Of a DNA stretch of 58,925 bases, positions 24,006 to 36,400 are shown piece by piece. The notes under the pieces are model-generated. The model was not told the origin of the DNA and did no database searches. It saw nothing but the letters and a program-made list of their open reading frames with translations. The stretch comes from Chromera velia (taxonomy: Eukaryota), in contig JAHBMJ010000043.1 in assembly GCA_018398765.1 (NCBI GenBank), forward strand, positions 1 through 58,925, read 5' to 3'. The position numbers and the translations under genes were made by a program. Numbering within the stretch: the stretch's first letter is position 1; each line of letters begins with the position of its first letter.

Positions 24006-24716
24006 AGTAAAAAGTAGAGTCTCACCTCTCTTGAGATTCCTCCAGTGGAATCCTATGGGCCCTCCCGTATCGATCCTCTAGCCTATCCAGAGGACTCCTC
24101 AAACTGCTATACTCCCGAATTCCTGGCCCTCTCCTATTAGAGGAGCACAGTGAATACGTCTCCGTGACGTATTTGTCTAGACCGATACAGATAATCAGAA
24201 ATAAATACCTGATCAGTCTCTTCACCAGACAGAAAATCTATGAACTCCCACAGACCACAGTACGCTCCTGCTGGTGGCCTTGTGCATTACTCAGAGTATA
24301 AGAGAACCATAGAGAGACACAAGACACAGTACAGATCCTACCTATGAAGCTCTATCAATCCCTAGGTCACGTCTCTCATTCAGACGGACGGTAACCGCCG
24401 TGCACATCTGTCTGACTGTCTGGAAATTAATTCGGGACCGGAATTAATTCTGATACCTCCGATGGCATAACTGCACCATCGGCCTATTTAAATCCCATAT
24501 GAACCCCCGGAGCACACACCACCACGGTGAGTGCCTCGGGTGTATTTCTAACGCCAAAGTGCATGCGGGCCATACCATGGAACTCACAACATGCACACCT
24601 CTATTGCAAGCGCCCCGCCACCCCATGTGGACGGGCCTTTGCGTGCGCGTCGCTCCCTTCCCTGGCTCGGGGCGAAGGGACGAATGGAAATGCCGGGACC
24701 GTCGTTTACTTTCACA
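24006..24716 (-). repeat. 3' LTR (711 bp)
   Basis: Ungapped alignment to 38416-39126 at offset 14410; 36 substitutions by manual count (~95% identity). Confidence 0.95.
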
Positions 24717-24727
24717 CACCCCCTCCC
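24717..24727 (-). other. Polypurine tract of the copia element
   Basis: Minus strand GGGAGGGGGTG immediately before the 3' LTR start TGTGAAAG. Confidence 0.8.
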
Positions 24728-27442
24728 AAGCCCCTGAAGAAAAACTATGGAGAACGCAGCACAACACACCCCCCTCTGACAAGGGAGAATCGGGAAGCAG
24801 GAGAAAAGACCTGTCTTTAATCACCCGGCTCCCCAATTTTTCCTTGTTCTCTTTTCCTGTTGCACAATCACAAAAGAATTACTCATGTATCGTTTACCTC
24901 TTCTCTCCTCATTCCTTTTTCTCATACTCTCACGCGCCGTCCTCTCCAGACATTATTTATTATCCTTTAACAAGTGAGAGCATACCGGGCTCACGCATGT
25001 GCAGGGCATACAGGGAAATGGATACCAGCCAACCGGGCTGGAAGAACGGGATAAAACGAAACTACACCAGGAAAAGCGAGAGGAACAGCAAAGAAGAACA
25101 CAGGCCCCCAGCCCATGCCTACTTATGCTAGCGAACGCATGGGACACACAGCCCATCTGCCTCCAGATGGAGCCCCACCCTACACGCAGAAAACCGAAGA
25201 CATCTAGCATGCAGGAGCCCGCGCTACCTGCCATGCTGCCTACTCTGGACGGACCCTGCTCTGAACGTTTGAAAGAAATAAAAGAAAGAAAAGCAAACAA
25301 AACACAAGCATTCCTTATGTAACCAAAATGCAGTTCTCTGGAGAACAAGAGCCTTTGACAGCCTCAGCATGCCCTGCCCTCTGGTAAGGAGACCCATTCT
25401 CCCCAAGCGGGTCTGTCAAAAGTAAAAGTCCTTACCACCTTCTCCCCAAATTCTTCCTTTCCTTCTTTCATGCACTCGGACCGATGGGATGTGTGGCTGG
25501 CCACCGACCACCACAAAAGGAAGGGGATAATGTTCTGCATACCGTGCCCACCCTACTCTAGTTTGGGTTGGCAATGGATTAGGCCCCCTAACGCAAACCG
25601 GCAGCTCAAGGAAAACATGACTGCGAAAGGGTTCTGCCTCTATAGACAGACCGGGAAGGCCTTTCCCTCCCGGTTCCTTTCCGTCTGTGCAAACGAATTG
25701 AACAAGGGAAAACCTGAAGACGCCCACACCCGGCTAGCGTGCACTGACCATGCACGCCCCTATGATGCGACGAGCTTCCCCGGGCCGGGCGGAAATCCAA
25801 ACAAAGAAGAAAGAGGGAGAAAAAACAAATATACAAAATGGAACTGCACTTCAAGGAAGGTCCCCCCCCCCGAGGCACCCCCAACCCCTTCACGCATGCT
25901 TTGCAGAAACAGTTAAAATCATAGGAAAGCCACCACGCACTCCCCTGACCTTCTGGGGAAAGGATTTCATAAATATAAACCTACAAAACCAAACACACCC
26001 GGGCTTACACTCACCCCTAACCTGACCTCCCAAAGTGGAGGACAGGTTTCAAGCAGGATGAGAGGCTGGCAGAGGAAAGAAACACCCACAACACACCTGA
26101 GCTCTCATTTTCACCCAAGATGCCCCCTGCACTTGGATCAGATCTCTCTTGCACGGCAGTTACACATCCGACTGGAACAGTTCATTACGAACGCAGGACG
26201 CCCTTGCGATCCTGCTAAAACGCTGTGCATAGAGAGAAAAGACAAAGAGACGAAAGTTTCAGTGCGCGCACAGCAGTCTTTCCCTCTGCCTAGGCTGCCA
26301 CTTGCCAGACGTGATGCTCCATGAGCACCCTCCCCCCTTTCTATCTACATTCTCCCGTGGACTCACTTGGGGGTGATGCAAAGCCCTGCAGGGGTGAGAC
26401 GAAAGTATAGATCAAAGCGTCGGTCAGGCAGCACACCAACTCCATCACCGCAACGGATCGCAGACAGGCAGCCAGATCATGAATGGGCGTAAACAAAAAT
26501 CCTTCACGCTCCCCATGCCAGCTGACAGCGTTCTTTCAGGCTGTCTAACTGGTCTGGCTAGGCCCATTCTGCTCAGAACGGAGGAAGGAAAGCGTATAGG
26601 GATCAGACTGTTTGAGTGCTTCGGGCACTCACCTTCGCCGCGTAAACAGCCCGTCTGTTTCCTGCGTATGGATTTCTTATGCAGACGGGCACCCAACATG
26701 GAGTGCAGGACAACGGATGCGAACAGACAGGGTATTGCCTCCTCATGAACGTCGGATCCACCCGCCCATATACCCCATGTAATTGACCGTAATCTATGAT
26801 CGTTTGTTCCACCCGAGCTGCTCCAAATAAAATTTAATGCTTGGTTTACATGAATTTTGGGCCCGCCTATTGCTTGGCCTCATGTATTGCCCGAGCATTG
26901 GATGCTTTGCCCATGACGTAGAGGCACATACGTCAACTACGCCAGAGCGTGGAAAACAAACAAACAAAGCACGAACACAAACGGGATGAAGCAGAACAGG
27001 ACAACTACCGAACATGCATTACTACGGAGGTGTATGGAAGGGTGCAGCGGTAGAGGACCCACTCCTCTGGCTTTCTTGCTTTCCTGCCTAACTCTTCTTA
27101 CTCTCCTGCCTGGCTGAGCCCACGCCCACCCAGCAGAAGACCCCTTGTCTCCTGCCCCTCTTTCTTGTCACCGCCCCATCTAGTCACCTATCTGGGAGAA
27201 CAGAATAACGAGAGAGAGAGAAACGGATAAAAGGGACAAACAGTACCTCTGGCCTATCTAGCTCCTTCTATGCCCAAACCCAAACCCCAGTCATCCCCAC
27301 CCTGAGCGTAAAACCACACCCTATACACGCCTACCTGCAAAGGGACGACAGAGGAGAAAGAGCAGACGACAGAAACAGGACACAAAAGAGAGAAAGAAAA
27401 GGCCCTACACCCCTCCCCTCCAGAAATTCCACGCCGTCGGAT

Positions 27443-30400
27443 TCACGCCATCTCCCCACCGGGGAGGGCGCACTTGGTCATCACGTTCGCCACGTTCTTC
27501 GATCGTGCAATCCACTGGAGATCTGCCCCAAGGATACGCATCTCCTGAATGTACCACTCCAAAACGCCCTGCATGGTCGCATCGGTCTGGGCCTTGCCAG
27601 ACCGGAACTGGTCATGGAGGGGGCCGGAGTCCGTATAGACGATCACACGGACCTTCTTGAGGCCCCACATCGCCTTAACGAGGGCAACGATGCCGAAAAG
27701 CTTCTTGAGAAGAAACTCAAAGGCGAGCACCTCCCCGGCGGTGGAAGACCCGACCTTCCTGCCCGCCCTCTTGGTGGCCCACGCGATCCAGTTCTCCAGG
27801 AGGGACCGCAGGTCCCCTCACAGCTTGATCGAGTGCAGGATCCTGACAACATAACCCAACCGTGCAGCGTAAGTCGCGAACTTGAACGCTCGCGTGCACG
27901 ACGGGCACGAGCCTCACGCTCGTGAAAACCCGCTTGTCAGGGTGCCCCTTTAGCATCTCAATGATGCGCACGACCGTCTTGAAGACGCGCCTGGAGGGCT
28001 TCGAAATCGACTGCGCTACCGTGTGGCCCCACACCGTACGGAGCGGATGATTCATCCTCACCCCCCACTGCAGAGTCCCGACTCCAGCACGGATCGGCTT
28101 CTCATACTGGTTGTCGACCTCTTCCTCGGTGGAGGGCTCAGCACTCTTGCCGTCTAAACCCTTCCAGGGTTTGCTCGGACGCTTCTCCTTCAAAATCTTC
28201 CATAGAGGAGCGGTGTCGGTGTTCTCGAGGTATGAAACCTGGGAGAGGTGAATCTCCTCCGTGGAGACTCTGGAGATGTCCACTCCAGAAAACTTCCTCT
28301 CTGATCCCTCCCCAATCACACACATGGACCCAAAGCCCAGCCTCTGGTTGAGGGTCTCCTGAAGGGCCTTGTGCTCCTTTGGAAGGGCTCCAGTCAGCAA
28401 ATCGTCTATCCAATTCATGACGATGGCTTGGGCTCTCCCTCCCTCAGGGGGAGCCTTGACTGCGATGGCCGTGTCCACACGCTTGAACCCCAACTCCTTG
28501 GATAACCCCTCCAACTTATGGTCGAAAAGCTGGGCCGCACAGGGCAGCCCATAGAAGCCCATCTCCACCAAGTACGTGCTCCTGGACTCGTACTTGGCCG
28601 CCATCCTCCTCAGCTCCTCGTACTTGTCATCAGGGATGTCCTTGAATGGGTTTTCCTCAGGGACTCGAGGCAGCATAGAGGGCAGTGTCGCGCCGACCCG
28701 CTCGGCGTTGTGATCCTTGGAGGTCAAGAAGGCAGTGGTAACATCCGCCGCCCCCATCTCCATTCTTGTGGACACAATGAAAAGGCAGACGGTGTTGATC
28801 CCCGCGACGGATGGCGTTCCGACGTAGGTGTCAACGAGTTGGCCGTCCAGGAAGCCCTTTGCGAAAAACCTCGCCTTAGGCTTCCAAGCCCCATCGTCCG
28901 TCTCCTTCCAAGTGCATCGCCAGCCCATACCGACGACCGCCCGAACTTCGTTCCTCTTAACCCTCTTGCCAAGTGTCCGGTTTCTCACAATGTTCACCAG
29001 CCACTCCTTCAGGGCAGCGAGCTTGTGAGACCCCGAGTCTATCTCTTCCTTTGTTGCGGGGAGCTGGGTAGAGCCCTTCTTAAAACGGCTCATCTCCTCC
29101 TCATACACGGCAGCTCCCGTGAACAGGAATCCTGACCGAGGTTTCCTGGATGAGAGGTAAGACAGGTGAGGAAGACCGCACCACCTATTCCTGGTGGGGC
29201 TCCCGGGCGTCTCAGCCCGTTTGGGACTGCCCTCTTCCCTCTCCCACGCCATCGCCCCCACGAACGACGGAATGCCTCTCTCCTCCCGGAAATCATCATT
29301 CCAGTTCCTCCCCGTCACCTCGGGCACTCTCCTTGCTCACTCCTCCCTCAAAACCTCCATCGCACAGAGGGTGTTGAACCGCTCTCACTGCGGGCCTTGC
29401 AAAACCTCATCCACCTTGTTCATCTCCTCAACCTCCTCCTTGGGCGGGTTCTGCCTCATGATGGGTCCTTCTCCTGCCCTGGGAAGTTTCCAACCTCCCA
29501 GGACACCCCACTCATCATCCGAGGAGCTACTGTTGCTCCCAAAGCCCGGGCCGCTTGCTTCAAACGTTGACAAGCTTGCTTCCAAGTCATACCCGTCCCT
29601 GTCTGTAGACGCAACCATAGACGGAGGCTCCTCATCCATCTCCACATTCTCCGCAATAGGGCCCAGTGGTTTAACTCCTCCAACCTCATTCCCTTCATCA
29701 GATGCCCCCTCGGCAGCAGGAGGACCTCTATGATCCTCCGCTCACTCCTCTCTGCCTGCGTTCAAAGGAATACCAGTTTGAGACTCAGCAGCCTTGGGGA
29801 CAACACGTGACCCCCCCTCGACAGGAGGCGCAGCAGGGACAGCAGAAGAGGAAGGCACAGCAGAGGAAGACGACGATGCGGAAGGATCTGCAGAGACCGC
29901 GTCTGCAGAGCCCTTTTCACCCCCTACCCTTTCTTCCTCCGGCAGTTTCCAAACTCCAACTTCCCGGAGCTGGACGGGGTCGTCAATCATACGTACAGCC
30001 TCTTCGGGGACTCTCCCTCCCCAAATGTCGAACACGTGCTTGATGGACGATCACTTCACTCTCCCATCCCTGATTTCCTTGACCTTGAAAGCGAGGGGGT
30101 CCCTTACCGACAGATCAGGTGCGAGGTCTGCCGACCCGTAGCTTCTACGCGCCTTTGAATGGAGGGCTACGAGCTTTCTCCTGTTGTCCCTCTGGACAAC
30201 TGCCCCCTTAATGGGGTAAGCCTCCATCGGTTAACGATCGTACGAGGAGAACTCCAGCACAGCTAGACCCAAAACTTTCTTCTCTTACATGGAAGTACCT
30301 TGTTCGGACCGGGACCTATCTGCGCCCCCCGGGTGCGCAGAAGGGTCAATCGGCCTATCCTCCAGTTCCGACTCGTCACCTCTACCCCTTTTGGCAGAAG

Positions 30401-33400
30401 ACTCCGCCTCTCTTTCGTCGTCTCCGTCGTCCCCGGAGAAGATCCTTCTCACAGACAATCTTCGCGGTCGTCTGCGAGCAGATAGACGGAGGCGGGCCCT
30501 CTCCCCTACGGAGATGCCGTGATGCAGAGCTTGGGAAGATCCGGGAGGAACGTCCCTCCCGCCATCTCCACCTCCCTTATCATCAGCTCCCCCGCCCCTG
30601 TCTCCTCCAGAACAACCCCCTGGAGGTGGGTCGTACAGAGAATCGTCTGGGGAAGGGTCCTCTTGACCCCCATCTCCGTCAGGAGGATCCTCCCCATCTT
30701 TTCCATCGTCTGGGTCCGACTCGCTCGTTCTGCCCCACAGCAGAGACTCAGAAGCGAAGGTGTCTTCGTCAGTCTCCTCATCCTCAGCACCCGAAACATG
30801 AGCGCAAGGGGACCCTTCCCCTCCCTTTCTGTCTCTGCCTGTCTTTACCACAGATGCATCCGAGAGCTCCTCCCAAGCTCAGTCCCCGCAGCCGACCTCG
30901 TTCTTGTCGACCTTGTCCCTGGGGTCCTTGGGTAGGACGACCTCTACCGTGGGGTCTTCTCTCTCAAACACGATAGGGCGCGAGCGGTCATTATGGTGCT
31001 TCGACCGGTGGAACATGCACCTAACCTGGTAGCACATCTCACATACGAGGCACCACGCCTTCTCATCTTCGTTGCTTTCTGTCCTCCGGAACACGTCCCA
31101 AAAGTGTTCCATCATCCGATCTCTTCCTTCCGTGTACGCTCGGATGCTTGCAGCTACCGGATCCGGGTCGTAGAAGCTCGGAAAAACATAGTTTTGGAAC
31201 TCGATCCGCTTGTACTCATAGTGCCTCTCGGGAAAACCGACAGCCATGGACAGCCCGACAGTCTAGAACTTCCCTTCCAAAGGGGTCCAGTAGGCATACT
31301 CGGCTCCCAGGGGCTCAAATTGAATCCGAGACAGACCGTCTGTCTCCCTCAATTCCCTGTTAGCCTCGATCCACTCCTGCTTGGGCCTATCCAAGTAGTT
31401 GAGCGCCGTGTGCATGTAGTATTGCCCCCTATGCTTGCCCCCAGCCGTATTGGGAGCAATGGAGACTTGGAGACTCATCGAAGTCGTCCACCCCTCTGGG
31501 ATCTCAATCCAACAGGGCTGTGGAGGCGAGTGCAGATAGACGCCCTAGTTCTGTAACATGATCTTCTTGAGGCTCTCCTCCTCAAGATCGAAACCTATGT
31601 CTCCAAAGAACACCTCACGTGCTTCTTGAATTTCATCTTGCGTCCTTGTAGCACTCCCGCTTCTCCACGAGTCCCCCTTAACGCCCGTCGTCAGTCGGGG
31701 TGCCAAGTAGTCCTTAAAAAGTTTAGGGTATCCAACACCTCTCCCTGAGTGATCTCCCCCAGATCGGGGTGGAACATGAGCGCAAAACGACGAGTCCAAG
31801 CGTCATACACCCCCCGGTGGTACGTCATGAACACCGGCCACTCCACCTTCCAATTGTACCCCAGGGGCTCCCCATTGGCCCCTAGGAGGCGGTTCCCCTT
31901 CTCGTCACAAAAGACGGGGCCTAGATCCATCACCCGCCTTCCCCTCGAAAGAGCGCGATTATGCTGCCGCACCGTCCCAGGCATGCGCAGCACCCCAGGG
32001 CCTGATGGGTCCAGGATGGTCCCCTTCATTAAGGAGCCGAGCGGGACAATGAAATCCGGTAACGGCGACTCCCCGGAGTCGACAGAAGCCCTGTTGGACA
32101 TAGCAGGAGAGGGAGACCGTGCTTGGGCGCCCGCCGCCCCTGCTTCCCGTACCGAGGCCTCTGCCTGAGCAGGGGAGGGGTTGGAGGGCTCTACAGGAGC
32201 AGGGGGAGGGAAGGAGGGAGGCAGTGCAGAGGGAAGGGCAGAGGAAGAGGGGAGGGCAGAGAAAGACGATGACGAAGCCGACGCCTGCGCCTCCGTGCTC
32301 GAAATCTCCTGATGTCCCTCACAAAGGTGATCTCGAGTGAGACAAGGGGCTTCCCGCAAGCCTACAACACCTTCGCCCTCATCCGCCAGTTGAAAAGAAA
32401 ATTTCCTCGCCGGCCACTGTGTCCCTCACTGCAACCCCTCATACCATCCCACCGGAGATGTACCCGGAAGGACTAGAGGGAATCCCCTGTGGCCGAGGTC
32501 GCTCCTACCAGCCCGTCTGCGATAGCGAGCTCCCGTGCCCCCCTCCTGCCTTGCAGAAGTTTTCCAGAGTCGTAGATCATCCTGGTCTCCGCGCGTGGGA
32601 GCCAGGAGGATGTTCCCATTTTGATCAAATCGATGCCCCCCCCAGAGGCGGAGGTTGTCGGGGACCGTCTGCAGATGCTCGGGATGGACCTGCAGGACGG
32701 TAAAACGTTCCCCTTGAACGTCCCTCTCCTTGTATCCGTGGAGAACCGCGACAACATCATGCGTGAGCAGAGCTAAAAACTGTACAATGACTCAACGCAA
32801 CTCCGTTCCCAGGGAAGGCATGGACACCATCGCAGTGTTCCCCACTTTCCATCCAGGAGGCGCTCTCCGAAAGGTCAGGGTAAAAGGGATGCCCCCCACC
32901 GTTCTGTGAAACGCACAGGAATACCCCCAACGTTCCCCCATCGCCATGAGGTGAATCACAGCAAGGGGAAACCGGTGGTTCGGGTCCGATATGAGGAGGG
33001 CCACTCCCTCCCGATTGCTGCGGATGCAGCGCTCGACCAGAGCCTGCAGACCCTTTCCAATGTACGAAGGTCCCTGACGGTACTCGATGGGGTGGAGTCC
33101 GGGGGACCTGTCCCCCCGGAGCTACGAGTGGAAGGAGGCACCCGCTCCTGCCTTCTCTCCATCCATGCACACCAGGTGTGGACGCCCTAGCCAACGAGCA
33201 AAGTAGTGCGCGCAGTTGATGAGGGAAGCCTCATCTTTCTCCTTAGCTGGGTGGGCCAGAGAGAATCCGGCTCCTGGCTCGTAGAGGATGACCATCATCC
33301 CGAAGCCCCCTGTCTCGGCCTTCGCGAGAAAGTCCTTGAAGAACTAGATGTCGACGATCCAGACCGTTCCCTTGATCGGCCTCCAATCTGCCGACAGCTT

Positions 33401-36400
33401 CTCACTCCTCTTATAAATCCGGGGAGTGATCGCGTTCTTCAGCTGACAGAGGGGATACGCAGAAACCCACCTTCTGCAGTCCTCATCGATGTCAATGCCC
33501 TCAGCTGCGAGTGTCTCCTTGAGATTGTTGAAGTTCTGGTGTCCGTAGCACGCGTGCAGTGCCATCACCTCACGCTGCTGGTCGACCATGACGGCCGAGA
33601 AGGCAGCCAGGTGCGTCCGTTCGAACCCGTAGTTCCATGGTCGGAAGTGGTCAGCGCCCCCAGCATCAAACTTTCTCACCGCAAGAAAAGGACCTCAGGT
33701 CCTTGCTGACAGTGGTTGGTGTCCGCCAGCTCCGAGGCAGTCCATCCACCCACGACCCAATACGTGATCGGGTAGGCAGCCACAGAGACCTCGACGCCAT
33801 CGGGTATAGCCCTGAAGTCCTTCTTGGCCGACCTCTTCTTCAACACGTCGGGAAGAGGGGTTCGGGGAATCCGCTCATAAGGATCCCTCTGCTGCCTCAT
33901 CCTCTGCACCTTATTCCGCCGGTCCCACACCTCCTGCAGTGACTGGAACCGGTACCCGCATGAACCTCCTTGGGGACCGCTCCCAAGGAAGTGCTTGAAG
34001 GACTTGTTCGGGATGGCCTTGTAGTGCAGGCTGCGGTCATACACGGCTCGAGGGAGGTGGTTGAGGCCATACCCGTCCGGCCTGTCTCCCCAGGGCTTGT
34101 GGATGATGCAGGCCTCCGGTGCCCCCACCTTGAAGGGGGTGTCCATGACCTCAACATCAACCTGCGGAATGCCCTGACGCACCTCCTCCTGGTACATCAG
34201 GTCCATAGACAGCCTCACCCCATGTGAGATCTACCTCTCCTCCTTCATCTTCTCAGCCCACGCGCGGTAGGCGGGAAGGACATCCTTCGGCGAAGAACGA
34301 GGGACGAAGAGGCCTGCACTAGGAGCATTGCAAATCAGCACGTCAGGGAGATTCGGCTGATCAACTGTGTGGAGGAGGCAGGGGACGACAATATTCTTTG
34401 GAGCACCGGAGGGGTCGTGAGTCCCAAACCGGATGCCAAGAATCGCAGGACAAGAGAACACCGCCTCATCGCCCAGTCCCCGCGACTGGAGGGGCATCTC
34501 CAGCTGCACCTTCCACTCAATGAAATCTTGTCCCATGACAAGATGCTCATAGTGCCGGTGCCGCGTCTTTTTGGGAAGCCCCCCGTCCGGGGGCCCGTCC
34601 CCCTCCTCCCTAACACCCCCCGTGAACAAACCCGTCCAGTTCGGGATATCCGGCCCCCCAAAGGCACGGATGAGGCTCCTCACCTTCCTCCAGGAGATGA
34701 GGTTCCCGAACGTACAGGAGTCAATATAGATCTTGATAACCCTGTACTCGACGAGCTCGGGGTTTTTGAATCTCGCATTTCCTGAAATCTGGTAGACCTC
34801 GAACTTCTCCGGAAACCCAGCCCGTCGCCGGGTCCTGTTTGGGTCGTTCATCAGTTCACTCTTGTACTGGGAGACCGTGTAGACAGCAGATTTTGAACCA
34901 AAGGGCACCGTACCCATGGTGGTCTCGTCTTCCGGTCCCCGTGTGCGAGAGATGGACTCAGGGAGATGGAGGTCCTGCTCCTCTATCATATCCCTGATGT
35001 GCTGAACTCTTCTTGCAGTGAAGTCCGACTGGAAGGCTTGCATGACCATCATGTAAGTCTCCAAACCTGCAGGGAAGATAGCCCACCCCATACGTTCTAA
35101 GCCTGTCCGTTCAGGCTTGTCGGACAAGATCGTTTGCCAGGCTTCACGGACTCCTTCTCTCCATACATCGACCCCCGTGTGGTTCCTAACAGGATCCCAG
35201 GCAGACAGGCGCTCCATAGCCCTATCATGCCACACGTGGAAGGTCGTTGTATCGTAGTCGGGCGAGTACTTGGCTCCCGGCTCATAGCACAAAGGAAGGC
35301 CAAGGCGGTCTGCAAAGCGAACCTTTCCGAGAGACCCCTCCCTGTGAGTGGTCTTCTCCTCACCCTTGGACGTGTGGATGGTCAGGTCGAACGAGTTCCC
35401 CTGCTAGTGGCCACGTGAGATGCCACCCGTCACTACGACATCATCATCATCATCCTAACCCCCAGGACCGACAGTCTGCGAGGACACAGGAGGGACACTA
35501 CCCCCCCGCTGCGCCTGTCCGGAGTCTGGGTTCTTCTTTTCGAAGTTCTCATTGTTGAACCTGCCGGGAGAAAGGATACGCCCACCACGGCCGCGACCCC
35601 CACCGCCTCCTCTCCCCCCTGAGCCGCCCCCACGACCAGGATAGGGAGACCCTCGATGGTCTCTGGAGCCGCCTCTACGGCCTCCTCCTCCTGGAGGACC
35701 CTTAGGGCGGCCCCCTGAGCCGCCCCTGTCCTGCCCGGTCTTGTCTATCTGCTTCATCATCCACCGCTTCTTCGCGTTCTCGTCAGGACAGTTGTTGGGA
35801 GCATGGCCCATCGTTCTGCACGATGGGCAGCCGTCCTTCTTCCGAATCCAAGGACAGGCCCCATGGCCCCCCCACTCTGCATGTCCATCCGGACGGTTGC
35901 ATCTCAGGCACTGCCCATCGCGGTACCCGTGGGGAAGGCTCTTCCTGCTGGCAGGATCCCAACACACTTTGTCCCACAGAGACCCAAACTCTCCATCCCA
36001 CTGACCGGGTTTGATGGGAGTTTCTCCAGGTCCCGCTATCGTCCCGATGAACGCATCCGACCCAGATCCGCCCCGTTGTCGGACACTATATCGGTCGAGA
36101 ACGGGGTTCCTGTTGGAGCCCCTGGGGTTGACAATGGCCTGAGTGGGAGGACGGTCCCTTCCTTCCACCCCCTTGTCATTGTATCTACTGGAGGGAGCAG
36201 AGGAATTGGACCCAGGAGAGTACCCCCGATTGGAGCTCCCCCCGCCATCCCCCTTGCCGAAACCCCCTCCTGCACTGCCCTGCCTCCTGCGATCAGAGTT
36301 GCCCCTGCTCTTCCCGCCAGAGTCAGGGGTCTTTCCTCCTGAGGGTTTCCCTCCCTTTGCCTTGGAAGGTGACTTCCTCTGCGGGACTCCTCCAGGCCCC

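Noticed and set aside
24999..25916. Antisense accessory genes of the copia element (107-148 aa plus-strand ORFs)
   Set aside because: No recognisable motif, and splice-like pyrimidine tracts favour the minus strand.
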